Source of the DNA: Candidatus Dojkabacteria bacterium | Lineage (GTDB): Bacteria > Patescibacteriota > Dojkabacteria > B142 > OLB20 | DNA length: 64,000 nt | NCBI GenBank assembly: GCA_035444565.1 | Contig: DAOMOX010000001.1 | Location: forward strand, 194,335 to 258,334 | Direction of reading: 5' to 3' | Made by a program: the position numbers and the translations under genes | Shown: piece by piece, positions 36,661 through 46,563 of the stretch | Numbering within the stretch: position 1 is the first letter of the stretch | Layout: every line of letters starts with the position of its first letter | Notes under the pieces: model-generated | What the model was told of the DNA's origin: nothing | Databases searched by the model: none | What the model saw: the letters and a program-made list of their open reading frames with translations, nothing else

Positions 36661-37851
36661 ATGGACAAACGTTTAAAACGAAACCTTATTCTCTTCTATA
36701 TAACTAGAAGTCTGTTTATACCTTTTTTCTGGCTGGCTATTTTATATATCTATCTGACAGAAACCAAAGGTCTTAGTCCAGCATCCACAATGTTCCTACT
36801 TAGTTTGCAAGAATTCTTATTAATTTTTTTGGAGGTTCCAACAGGTGTAATTGCGGATAAAATCTCACGTAGAGTTTCTGTTGCCCTAGGATATATTCTC
36901 ACTTCGTTACCATTTCTGATTATTCCATTCACCGACAGTTATTTAATATTTATTGCAATTTTTTCAATCAAAGCTATAGGAAAAGCCCTGACTTCTGGAG
37001 CTGACAATTCCCTACTATATGATTTACTCGCGGACTATGATTCGACTAGCTTATACAAAAAAATCCTAAACAAATCGAAGTCGTTGATGATGCTTGTAAC
37101 CGCTATATGCATTTTTATCGGGGGGTTCTTGGCTGAAATAAATATCGAGCTAACTTTAATTCTCCCTTTCCCCTTGATGATAATTGGAGCCATATCAGTA
37201 ATTTTGATGGACGAGCCAGAAACATCTAGAAAAGCAAAAGAAATCCAACAACAGAATTATCTTAAACATACATCAGAAGCATTTCGAAATATTCTTGGAA
37301 ATAGACAACTTTTAACCCTAGCTCTCATTTGGTCAATAGTTATGGGGTTAATTGTTAATCTAAAATGGATTTATACTCCAATTTTCCAAGCTTTGGAATT
37401 AAATTTAGTTATCATAGGAGGCCTAACAACAGGATTATACTTATTGAGATCTGTTTTAGCCTTTATCAGCGTCAGATTAATGCAGATTGATAACTTAAAA
37501 TCTTTGCCGCTATACTCAATAATTTTATCAATTTCATTTATTTTCCCTATTCTTATCTATAATCCAATTATTGTTATCCTGACGCTAATCACCATTACTC
37601 TCTTTTCGGAGACTTTGATGGCTATCTCAGAAGAGGAAATTCAATTAAAAATTGAAAGTAAGAATAGATCTACTGCAATGTCAGGAATAAATTTAATTTC
37701 TAGCGTAGTGGCTACAATTATGTTGAATGGTTTTGGGATTCTTAACAATGACTACGGTATAAAAATATCTCTTTTATTCTTAGTATTACTACTTTCGGTA
37801 AATATATTCCTGAGTATCTATTATAGAAAGTTGAAGTTATCTAGAATTTAG
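36661..37851 (+). CDS. MFS transporter
   Basis: EVPTGVIADKISRR, SGAD.SLLYD, RSTAMS; ~12 TMs. Confidence 0.9.
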   Translation: MDKRLKRNLILFYITRSLFIPFFWLAILYIYLTETKGLSPASTMFLLSLQEFLLIFLEVPTGVIADKISRRVSVALGYILTSLPFLIIPFTDSYLIFIAIFSIKAIGKALTSGADNSLLYDLLADYDSTSLYKKILNKSKSLMMLVTAICIFIGGFLAEINIELTLILPFPLMIIGAISVILMDEPETSRKAKEIQQQNYLKHTSEAFRNILGNRQLLTLALIWSIVMGLIVNLKWIYTPIFQALELNLVIIGGLTTGLYLLRSVLAFISVRLMQIDNLKSLPLYSIILSISFIFPILIYNPIIVILTLITITLFSETLMAISEEEIQLKIESKNRSTAMSGINLISSVVATIMLNGFGILNNDYGIKISLLFLVLLLSVNIFLSIYYRKLKLSRI

Positions 37852-37865
37852 AGAAGTTGAGAACT

Positions 37866-39944
37866 TTACCAAGCACCACTACCGCCTCCACCACCTCCTC
37901 CTCCAGAGAAGCCACCTGAGAAACCTCCACCTCCACTCCAACCACCTCCTGTTGCCGTCCCTGATGATGAAGGACTCACCGTCATAGCGGTTGCTGTAGT
38001 TGTGTTGAAAGTAGAAAGCGAATTTACCAGATAAATGGTGTTAAAGGTACTAATGTCTCCTTCATACCAATCAGGGGTACCCTTGTAGATGTCTTTGAAT
38101 TTTTCTGCCCATTGTTTTTCGATTCCAAAGACAATCGCGTATGGCAAGAATTTCTCAAAGGTTTCAGGTGTGAGGTTCTGTACACGATATTTCTCTGCCG
38201 TTTCCATATACATTTTGAAACCCAATACTTTATGGAATATTTGGGATCCGAGCTCTGTCTTCGATGGCATATGCTTTGAAACAATGAGCAATACCAAACC
38301 TAATATTCCTAAGGCAATTCCGGTCCCCCAGAAAATTGGCAAAACCGTAGAGGCCACTACTAAACCTACTCCAACAATCATTACCAGAAATCCAATTCCC
38401 AAATATTTAGTTCTGACGCTATCAGGTTTGTCATCGAAGTATTTCGCAGAGACCAGTTCTTCGTAAATTTTCTTTTTGATTCCGGGAAGACGTGTGTAGA
38501 ATTTATTCTTTAAGTCATTTGTAGTAACCCTTTCCTTGGTGCCAAATACCGCATCCATTAATTCTTTCTCCGGTTCCGAGAGGTCGTCAAATTCCTTTTG
38601 TTTGATTAATTCGAAATCGGCTTTTTTCAGTTTGATTCCCAAAACTTCTTTCGCGCCAAATTCTTTAATTTTAATGTATCCGCGATAAGCGAGGTCGATT
38701 ATTGACGATGTAATATCTTTAATATCGACCATTTCATCTTTTAACGATCCTAACAAATATGGTCTAATTTCATCAGGTGGACTGTATTCAGGAATGACAA
38801 TACTTTTATCAATATGATCACGACCTTTTGTCTTCCAAAGTTGATATATCTTGAGAGCACCTAGGGGTAATAACATTGCCCCAAAAAGATTAAGAGCCAA
38901 TATTACTGTCTGTCTGATTCTTTCTTCTCGAGTTAATTCGAGGCTTACGTCTAAATTTTTTATCTCTCCAGGTTCTAGTTTAATATTGAATTCTTTTGGA
39001 ATTCGACCATTTTGACTAAAAACAAGCTTATGTTCACCTGGAGGTAACCCTGCTACTTTTTCACTTACTCCTGAAAAATTTGTAACATCGTTAATGACTA
39101 GATCCTGTTCTTTAGGATTCAGCTTCAAGTTTAAAGTAGCGTATTTATCAATCATTCCCTTTGGAAGTTTTTGCAGAATAGTTAAATTCTCTCCCGGAAG
39201 AAGATTATCTTTTGTGATTATTACTCTTGTTCCGTTGTTTGCTGCCTCAACAGAATAATCGGTTCCATGACCAGGGACAGTCAAACCTAAGCTCGAAGTA
39301 TCTACAGGTCCTGGGTAATTAATTGTGACACGACCTCTCTCAACAACATAATCGCGATTGTCCCATATTGCGTTCCAGTAAAGCAAATCATGGTCATCAA
39401 AATACCCTGGGGCACCAAACACCTTGTACTTTAAAGAGAAAGTAACTACTTCATTGTTAAAATTTATCCCTTCTTCAGAAAAAATCCAATTAATTGCGAA
39501 TATTTTATCGCTCCCGTCTTGTTTAATTAACACCAAGTATTTGTTTGGTGGGACAACTGGGTTACCATTACTTGTGTAGGTTATTTCGTCATCATCTGCC
39601 ATTTCAAGTAAATTTCCATCATTGTCTCTTACTTCCAACAAATCTAAAGTCTCGAAACCACCACATAATAAATATTGATTTTCTTTGCACCTTTGTAGTG
39701 CCTCACTGGAAATTAAACGTATATCTCTCGTAATAGCATGGTATTCCCCATTAAATCTATAACGTAAGACTTCAGTCACATCCATTGTAGAGTCTTTGTT
39801 TTGATCGATAGTTACATCAATTGTTTCGTAAACAAAACTTCTCTCCTGCGCTATGACTATTCCCGGACTGAGAAATAGGTAACCTAAAGTTAATAAGAAT
39901 GCGACTACAAAATACTTAATATTACTAATAAGTTTAGTCATCAT
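37866..39944 (-). CDS. DUF2207 domain membrane protein (with PEGA-like insertion)
   Basis: LYWNA, IIDLA.RGYI, FEKFLPYAIVFG...W, PDWY, Gly-rich GGFSGGGGGGGGSGAW tail; downstream of lemA. Confidence 0.88.
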   Translation of the reverse strand: MMTKLISNIKYFVVAFLLTLGYLFLSPGIVIAQERSFVYETIDVTIDQNKDSTMDVTEVLRYRFNGEYHAITRDIRLISSEALQRCKENQYLLCGGFETLDLLEVRDNDGNLLEMADDDEITYTSNGNPVVPPNKYLVLIKQDGSDKIFAINWIFSEEGINFNNEVVTFSLKYKVFGAPGYFDDHDLLYWNAIWDNRDYVVERGRVTINYPGPVDTSSLGLTVPGHGTDYSVEAANNGTRVIITKDNLLPGENLTILQKLPKGMIDKYATLNLKLNPKEQDLVINDVTNFSGVSEKVAGLPPGEHKLVFSQNGRIPKEFNIKLEPGEIKNLDVSLELTREERIRQTVILALNLFGAMLLPLGALKIYQLWKTKGRDHIDKSIVIPEYSPPDEIRPYLLGSLKDEMVDIKDITSSIIDLAYRGYIKIKEFGAKEVLGIKLKKADFELIKQKEFDDLSEPEKELMDAVFGTKERVTTNDLKNKFYTRLPGIKKKIYEELVSAKYFDDKPDSVRTKYLGIGFLVMIVGVGLVVASTVLPIFWGTGIALGILGLVLLIVSKHMPSKTELGSQIFHKVLGFKMYMETAEKYRVQNLTPETFEKFLPYAIVFGIEKQWAEKFKDIYKGTPDWYEGDISTFNTIYLVNSLSTFNTTTATAMTVSPSSSGTATGGGWSGGGGFSGGFSGGGGGGGGSGAW

Positions 39945-39949
39945 ATTCG

Positions 39950-40534
39950 TTATTTGGTTTCCTTTTCGGAGAAATCTACTTTTACGTTTTGTTTCTCAGC
40001 TTCGTCAGCTTCGAAAAATTCTTTGTTCTTGAATCCTAGAACACCACCGATAAGATTGTTTGGAAAAACTGCAAGTTTAAGATTGAATTCACGTACTGCA
40101 CCATTGTAATATCGTCTTGCTCCTTGTATTTCTTCTTCTATAGTTTGAAGTGTTTTTTGTAAATCTAGGAAGTTTGCGTCTGCTTTCAACTGAGGGTAAT
40201 TTTCTGCAACAGCAAACAATGTTCTCAAAGTTGAAGTAAGTTCACCTTCAATTTTTCCTTTTTCCTCAACGCTCTCAGTTTTCATTGCGGCCGATCTCAG
40301 TTCTGCGATTTTCTCGAATGTCTCTTTTTCGTGCTTAGCATAACCTTTTACCGTTTCGACAATATTGGGAATTAAGTCATATCTTCGTTTTAGTTGTACA
40401 TCAATCCCACTCCATGCCTCTTCGACAAGCACTCGTAATTTAACTAATCCATTGTATAGGGCAATTACAAACCCAACTAATCCTAAGATTACTGCGCCAA
40501 TAATTACAAAAACTGCCATTGATCCTGCAAACAT
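39950..40534 (-). CDS. lemA: LemA family protein
   Basis: YNGLV, AWSGIDVQLKRRYDLIPN, ENYPQLKA, ARRYYN, FP.N. Confidence 0.96.
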   Translation of the reverse strand: MFAGSMAVFVIIGAVILGLVGFVIALYNGLVKLRVLVEEAWSGIDVQLKRRYDLIPNIVETVKGYAKHEKETFEKIAELRSAAMKTESVEEKGKIEGELTSTLRTLFAVAENYPQLKADANFLDLQKTLQTIEEEIQGARRYYNGAVREFNLKLAVFPNNLIGGVLGFKNKEFFEADEAEKQNVKVDFSEKETK

Positions 40535-40555
40535 TTTATTTATTTAATAATTAAA

Positions 40556-42394
40556 TTAATTAATATATATTCTCCAATTTTCAATAGTATCGAACCGTTC
40601 TTCCAGATTGCTAATCTTCGAAATATCCACATTCTTCACTCTTCTGTTAATTATATAAGTTTCCTTAGGATGGTACAAGAAAATTACCGGTACATCCTCT
40701 GCAATAATCTCCTGAAAGAGTGTGTATTTGGTTGTTCTCGTTTCTTTATTTGTGATTTTTCTGGCGTCATCAAGGATATCATCTATCTCTGGAATTTTTT
40801 TTGTAACAACCCTACCTTGTTTCTCAGGATCTGGAACAACTGCCAAAACTTCACGCGATGACCTATAAGAACTGATATTAAGTCCTGGATGGCTTATCTG
40901 TGAACTATGAAAAAGCTCATATCTATCTGGGTCTATAAATGTCTGTACACCAAAAAGCAAGGACCCGAATTGTTTTGGGATAATATACTCATCGCGAACC
41001 TTTGCCAAACTTTCTGGAACTATTTTGACATTTATACCCACTTCCGCGAGATCCTGGTTTATGACCGTAGCAATCTTTTCTCGATCTTCATTGTCTACAT
41101 AGAGAAGTTCAAACTCCAACTGCTTACCATCTTTTTCTCGGTATAGTTTACCCGGAGGCAATACCCATCCAAGTTCATCTAATAATTCTGCAGATTTAAC
41201 TGGATCAAAAGAATATTTATTTACATCTGCATATGCGAAAGAACTTCTTGGAATTGAACTGTCCGAAACCTCAGCATATCCTAGCAGTGTTTCGACAATT
41301 CTGTCTTTGTTGATTGCGGAGGAGATTGCCTGTCGCAACTTTTTTTCTGCAAATAATTCATTGTCCAAGTTAAAATACATCGCCCAGTATTGATTATAAA
41401 TAACGTCACTTGTGAGAACCTGTGTGGCGTAATTGTCATTCAAATCTCGCAAATTATCTATGCTAATGCCTGCCAAACCATGAATCTGACCAGATTTGAT
41501 TGCATTAACAGCACTAATTTCGCTTGGGAATAAATCAAACTTTAATATCTCAATCGCAATCTCTTGTCTGTACTGTAGATTTCTTCTAAGCGTAATAGAC
41601 TGAGCTTCTACTCTCTGTAGTCGGAAAGGACCTGTGCCTACTGGATTTCTATTAAGGATAGGATCAGATGTGTTTATATTCTGTGGATTTACATCAGTTA
41701 GCATATGTTCAGGAAGGATTTTGAAACTCATTGCTTCGAAAAAAGATGGGATGACCGTGTTTTCTTGGAATGAAATATCAAAGGAATAATCATCTATAAC
41801 GTTCATTTTCATATTCACTGCAGCTCTCGAATGAATAGTGCTAGTCTCAGCAGAATTTTCCAGTTGTTGAAGTAGTTTAAATGTCGCAGAGACGTCTTTG
41901 GAAGTAAGACTCTCCCCATCATGCCACTTCACGTCTTTCAGTAAATGGAATCGATAACGGCTTCCATTATCCAGTGATTCGTAATTTTCGATTAAGACAT
42001 TACGAATATTTCCACTCTGATCAATTTTAATCAAACTTTCATACACTAAGTCTCCCAGGTCCTTTTCTAACTGAATTTCACTAACGATTAAAGGACTTAC
42101 TCTGTTAAGTTGTCTAAGTTCACCATTGGTATCGACTCCCACGATTACCCCTTCAACAAAAGTATTGGTATTTATTTTAAAGAAAGCATTTACGTTTTGA
42201 GATACCAAAGAAACAATACCAACAGTCACGAAAATAATGGTGAAAAAATGACTAAATGGTCTTGAATCTTTATAGAGATCTGCCAATCTGATTACAGGAG
42301 AAGAATTACCAACAAATAATAAATCAGGAATATTCCAAAGGTAACTTCTAATCGAATAAATTAGTTTTTGGAGCGATTGTAGTAAAAAAAGCAT
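40556..42394 (-). CDS. Peptide ABC transporter substrate-binding protein (SBP family 5), N-terminally anchored
   Basis: KWHDG..LT..DV..T, PVGTGPF, LRQAIS.AINK, D.PVIFLY. Start uncertain. Confidence 0.88.
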   Translation of the reverse strand: MLFLLQSLQKLIYSIRSYLWNIPDLLFVGNSSPVIRLADLYKDSRPFSHFFTIIFVTVGIVSLVSQNVNAFFKINTNTFVEGVIVGVDTNGELRQLNRVSPLIVSEIQLEKDLGDLVYESLIKIDQSGNIRNVLIENYESLDNGSRYRFHLLKDVKWHDGESLTSKDVSATFKLLQQLENSAETSTIHSRAAVNMKMNVIDDYSFDISFQENTVIPSFFEAMSFKILPEHMLTDVNPQNINTSDPILNRNPVGTGPFRLQRVEAQSITLRRNLQYRQEIAIEILKFDLFPSEISAVNAIKSGQIHGLAGISIDNLRDLNDNYATQVLTSDVIYNQYWAMYFNLDNELFAEKKLRQAISSAINKDRIVETLLGYAEVSDSSIPRSSFAYADVNKYSFDPVKSAELLDELGWVLPPGKLYREKDGKQLEFELLYVDNEDREKIATVINQDLAEVGINVKIVPESLAKVRDEYIIPKQFGSLLFGVQTFIDPDRYELFHSSQISHPGLNISSYRSSREVLAVVPDPEKQGRVVTKKIPEIDDILDDARKITNKETRTTKYTLFQEIIAEDVPVIFLYHPKETYIINRRVKNVDISKISNLEERFDTIENWRIYIN

Positions 42395-42396
42395 TT

Positions 42397-42633
42397 TTAA
42401 GTAGCATTAGCTATAGCAATAGCCAATCCCACAACAACAAATAATACAATTAGTAAGATGGTTGCATTAAAAAAGAATTTTTCTGCACCTCTTTTTGAGC
42501 GATAGCTTTCACCACCACCAGAACCACCAAACATAGTACCTAATCCAGATCCTTGTTGTTGTAGAAGAATAAAAATAACCAACAATACACCAATTATGAT
42601 GAAGACAATGTTTAGAATGTTCTTTATATCCAT
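42397..42633 (-). CDS. secG: Preprotein translocase subunit SecG
   Basis: ILLQ..GSGLG..FGG, RGAEK; two TMs. Confidence 0.93.
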   Translation of the reverse strand: MDIKNILNIVFIIIGVLLVIFILLQQQGSGLGTMFGGSGGGESYRSKRGAEKFFFNATILLIVLFVVVGLAIAIANAT

Positions 42634-42649
42634 TTTGAAAATTATAAAT

Positions 42650-43069
42650 TTAGAATTTCCCTTTGTTCAGGAACTGTAAAATTATACTACAAATGTTTGA
42701 AAAGACAGAAACAAATCCTATTACCGAGAGCGCATTTGGTAAGGTCAATAATTTAGGTGTTGTAAACCAAATAAAATCAAAGTCACCTACGAACCCTCGT
42801 GAGAAGTTCATCACATCAGGGATAGTCACTGATATTACCCAGAGAAAAATAAAAGTTAAACCACCACCTATTAATAATTTCCCCCATACATTCTTTGGGA
42901 ATCTAAAGAATCTTAGTATTTCAGGTAATACTAAAATCAATAATCCATAAATTGATGCCGTAATGAAATAACCAGCGGAGCCATTAGGACTTGATACTCC
43001 TGGCATGGTGCTTACAACTAACCAAAAAATCATAAAGTGAATTACAAAATGTTCTATATTTTTGAGCAT
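42650..43069 (-). CDS. 4-TM membrane protein (phage-holin-like/YvlD-type)
   Basis: Four hydrophobic segments with PG after TM1; lies upstream of secG. Family tentative. Confidence 0.55.
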   Translation of the reverse strand: MLKNIEHFVIHFMIFWLVVSTMPGVSSPNGSAGYFITASIYGLLILVLPEILRFFRFPKNVWGKLLIGGGLTFIFLWVISVTIPDVMNFSRGFVGDFDFIWFTTPKLLTLPNALSVIGFVSVFSNICSIILQFLNKGKF

Positions 43070-43116
43070 TATATTGACTAATAATTAGAATATTGTAGTC
43101 CAATCAAAGAATTGTC

Positions 43117-43830
43117 TCAAGTAACTTCTGTCCCGACATATTCTTGACCTTTGAGATATTTGCCGAAGTTCTCCAAATCATCTCCTCCTAAGATTACGAA
43201 TTTTAGATTTCTCTCCATTGCCATTCTGCTGGCAATAGGATCAATTGGATAATTTCCACCGGGTTCATGCTTATCTTTATTTCCAATTATATCTAGATAT
43301 TCTTTCCAAGATATTTTCGAAAGTCTCTTAGCTTGTGGATTTAACTTAGGGTCTGCATCATAAACTCCGTCAACATTTTTCAAGCTTACAACGATTTTAG
43401 AGTCGAGCATATCACTAGCAAGTATGGCATCCACATCCCCGCTATGACCAGGTCTACCACCACCTCCGACTTTTATTTTATGATCGATTTTGAATTTTTC
43501 TTTATCTCCTTCGTAGTAATCCTCGTATTTTATGACGTCTTCGTCAGCTAATTGGGCAAAATATGCGTTTACTAAATATGCATGCAGAACGTTAACAGTA
43601 GTACCAACCCAATGGATACTCATATCGTCTACGACACCCGCCTCTCTTGCTAAATCACGATATTTCCGCATTGTATATCCCCCTCCTACCGCGATAAAAA
43701 ATTTGGTTTCTTGAAGACTAGGTTCTGTTAATACATCTTTCAGGCTTGATAAATAGCCATAGTCAAACACATCCGTCTCACTTTTGGACAATAATGATCC
43801 TCCTAATTTGATAACAATAGTTGATTCCAT
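43117..43830 (-). CDS. pyrH: UMP kinase, archaeal-type
   Basis: IKLGGSL, VGGG..MRKY, PGHS.D, NVDGVY.ADPK, PGGNYP.DP.A, VGT.V. Confidence 0.9.
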   Translation of the reverse strand: MESTIVIKLGGSLLSKSETDVFDYGYLSSLKDVLTEPSLQETKFFIAVGGGYTMRKYRDLAREAGVVDDMSIHWVGTTVNVLHAYLVNAYFAQLADEDVIKYEDYYEGDKEKFKIDHKIKVGGGGRPGHSGDVDAILASDMLDSKIVVSLKNVDGVYDADPKLNPQAKRLSKISWKEYLDIIGNKDKHEPGGNYPIDPIASRMAMERNLKFVILGGDDLENFGKYLKGQEYVGTEVT

Positions 43831-43937
43831 ATATTCATAATAATATTTAAGAAATATGACATTATTAACACAAAAATAACAGATATTCAGGAATTTTTCA
43901 GTTTTTTATTATTAAATTAAATAGATTAATTTGATAA

Positions 43938-44102
43938 ATGGATATCTTCATAAAACATCTCGAGAATATTATTCATGCTACTCTCAGAAAGCAAGAGCGT
44001 AATTATTTATCGGAGCTCAGATTGACAGAGGCTTTACTTCGGTCTGATATTAATGAACTAAACACCAAAATCGATAAACTTATAGAAATTCGATCACCTT
44101 AA
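43938..44102 (+). CDS. Possible 54-aa coiled-coil small protein (below track cutoff)
   Basis: MDIFIKHLENIIHATLRKQERNYLSELRLTEALLRSDINELNTKIDKLIEIRSP*; fills half of the intergenic gap. Confidence 0.35.
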   Translation: MDIFIKHLENIIHATLRKQERNYLSELRLTEALLRSDINELNTKIDKLIEIRSP

Positions 44103-44162
44103 AGAACAAATTTATAATATTACTGTTGTAATAAACTCCCATTGCTTTAGAATATAAGTACA

Positions 44163-45671
44163 ATGAAAATATTAACTGCCCAACAGATCAAATTACTTGA
44201 ATCTGCAACTCTGCAGACTCAAAATGTTCAAGAGTTAGAACTCGTAAAGCGAGCAGGCTTGGCTTTGTTTAAATCTATAACTTCAAAACTAAAATATCAC
44301 TCTGAATTTGCAGTTTTCTGTGGAACAGGAAAAAACGGAACTGATGGGCTTTACTGTGCCAAGTTGCTTGGTGAAATGGGACATAAATGTAGAGTTTATG
44401 TACTGAAACTTTCAAAAACTCCAAACAATACGTTTCTCAAAATCCTGGATCAACTTGATCAGACACTTGTCCCCATTGAGTACATCAATTCAATAAACAA
44501 TTTCCCTAAAATCCGCTCAAAAACCATAATTATCGATGCAATGGTAGGCACAGGTCTTAACAGACCCCTGAAAGGACTGATGGCTGATGTGGTACAAAAG
44601 ATTAATGCTACTCGAAATAATATTGTCGTTTCTGTTGATATGCCTACAGGATTGATGACAGACGTTGTAGCAAGCTCTTCTGATGTCATTCAGGCTAATT
44701 ACACTTTTACTTTCGAAACACCTAAACTCACACAACTACTCCCTGAAAGTTATCCTTATGTAGGAGAGTGGAAGGTTTTGCCAATTGGATTAGATCAGAA
44801 GTATTTAAATAAAATTGAAACTCATCTTCAATATATCGACTCCGAATCCATAAAAACTCTCTCGAAGAAATTGCATAGGGAGAAATTCTCTCACAAAGGT
44901 GATTTTGGTCATACACTCGTAGTAGCAGGCAGTTTAGGGAAAATGGGTGCTGCTATTTTAACTACCAAATCTGCTCTAAAAAGCGGTGCTGGATTAGTTA
45001 CTGCACTAGTTCCTACAATAGGTTACGAGATTATGCAAATATCAGTTCCCGAAGCCATGACAAACATATCAAACGATTCTGATTTTATTGAGAACATAGA
45101 TGTTGACCTGACTGTATATAAAACTATCGCCATGGGTCCTGGGTTAGGTACATCCACAGAAACAATTAAAGCCATCAAGACATTATTAAGAAAAGTTACT
45201 TATCCAATAGTGATTGATGCTGATGCGATAAATATTATTAGTGCAGACCGCTCAATCCTTGAAGAAATCCCAAAAAATTCAATATTTACTCCTCACATCA
45301 AAGAATTCGATCATTTAGTTGGCCCATCTACAAATTCCATACAAAGACTTGAGAAACAAAGAACTTTTGCAATTAGGTATAACCAAATAATTATACTCAA
45401 AGGTGCACATACTTCAATTTCATTTCCAAATGGATTGATTTTATTCAATTCGACTGGGAATCCAGGTATGGCAACGGCTGGTTCGGGTGATGTCCTTACC
45501 GGAACAATTGCAGGAATGCTCTCCCAAGGTCTCAAAAGTTCCCAAGCTGCAATATTAGGAGTTTATTATCATGGGTTAGCGGGTGACTTAGCAAAAAAAG
45601 AACTAGGAATGATTGGAATAAACGCTACCGATATAATCAATAATCTCCCTCAAGCTATCAACAGTCTTTAA
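44163..45671 (+). CDS. nnr: Bifunctional NAD(P)H-hydrate epimerase/dehydratase
   Basis: CGTGKNGTDG, DA..GTG, VD.PTG, HKGDFG, GPGLG, DADA, TPH..EF, MATAGSGDVLTG. Confidence 0.95.
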   Translation: MKILTAQQIKLLESATLQTQNVQELELVKRAGLALFKSITSKLKYHSEFAVFCGTGKNGTDGLYCAKLLGEMGHKCRVYVLKLSKTPNNTFLKILDQLDQTLVPIEYINSINNFPKIRSKTIIIDAMVGTGLNRPLKGLMADVVQKINATRNNIVVSVDMPTGLMTDVVASSSDVIQANYTFTFETPKLTQLLPESYPYVGEWKVLPIGLDQKYLNKIETHLQYIDSESIKTLSKKLHREKFSHKGDFGHTLVVAGSLGKMGAAILTTKSALKSGAGLVTALVPTIGYEIMQISVPEAMTNISNDSDFIENIDVDLTVYKTIAMGPGLGTSTETIKAIKTLLRKVTYPIVIDADAINIISADRSILEEIPKNSIFTPHIKEFDHLVGPSTNSIQRLEKQRTFAIRYNQIIILKGAHTSISFPNGLILFNSTGNPGMATAGSGDVLTGTIAGMLSQGLKSSQAAILGVYYHGLAGDLAKKELGMIGINATDIINNLPQAINSL

Positions 45672-45789
45672 TCCCAACCCTCGCAATACTTATTTCTCTT
45701 GTTGTTAAATTAAACAGTTTATATAGTATTTTAAAGATTTGCTTTCAGCATTCCTGAAAGTTACAATATAAAAAATTTCAATTATTCAG

Positions 45790-46563
45790 ATGAATTTGTT
45801 CCTTAGCAAGGTATATGCTCAAGTTGATGGAGTAGTCTCTCCAACAATACCTTTCACTCCTCCTGGGAGCATTACCCCTACCACAGCTGGACCCACCACG
45901 GCGGTTGTAGGACCATCGATTTCTCTGACTTCTGAGGAAACAACACTAGAAGTTGGAACTACTTCGAAAATTCAAGTCGTGATAGACACACAACTCCAAC
46001 CAATTAGCCAATATTCTATACAAATACTTTTCAGTCCTGAATTCTTAAGGGTAGTAGATTTTGATGACAGTACGGATAGTATCGAAGTCGATTTTAGAGA
46101 CACATTCTTCGACTCCACGATTAATGAAGTATCACAACAACAAGGAATTATCACAATCAGTGCCGAGAACCCTGCTGGTTCATCTAGTATCACTAGTCGA
46201 GTTGTAGCAGAAATCCAAGTAGAAGCACTCAAAGCGGGTTTTGCAGAAGTTTCGATTGGTCGAGAAAATTCCAATTTACTGACTTCGGGATCTGCTGATA
46301 TTCTCCAAAATACCACTACTGTTGAATTTGTGATTGGTGGAGGCGGAGGAACTGGACCTACCATAGTAATTCCTTCTACAAGCATCAATCCGAACGTATC
46401 TGTATTGCCATCGAGTGATATACCTCTACCAAGTCGGACTCCCGACACAGCAATAACTGATAACCTCCGAGCCCCAGCTGCCCTTATTTTAGGTGTCATC
46501 TTGATATCTATGGGAAGCTACTTCATCAAACTTAGAAATACGAATGAGAGTAAGAAAAATTGA
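45790..46563 (+). CDS. Cohesin-like domain surface protein with TPDTA + TM + basic tail
   Basis: VYAQ processing site; PT-rich linker; beta-sandwich (VVIDT, I.F.P..L.V, G.ITI, VAEI...A...G.A.V); C-terminal anchor. Confidence 0.7.
   Translation: MNLFLSKVYAQVDGVVSPTIPFTPPGSITPTTAGPTTAVVGPSISLTSEETTLEVGTTSKIQVVIDTQLQPISQYSIQILFSPEFLRVVDFDDSTDSIEVDFRDTFFDSTINEVSQQQGIITISAENPAGSSSITSRVVAEIQVEALKAGFAEVSIGRENSNLLTSGSADILQNTTTVEFVIGGGGGTGPTIVIPSTSINPNVSVLPSSDIPLPSRTPDTAITDNLRAPAALILGVILISMGSYFIKLRNTNESKKN

Noticed and set aside
37866-37960. GC-rich Gly-codon repeat
   Set aside because: Normal Gly-rich C-terminus of DUF2207 proteins.
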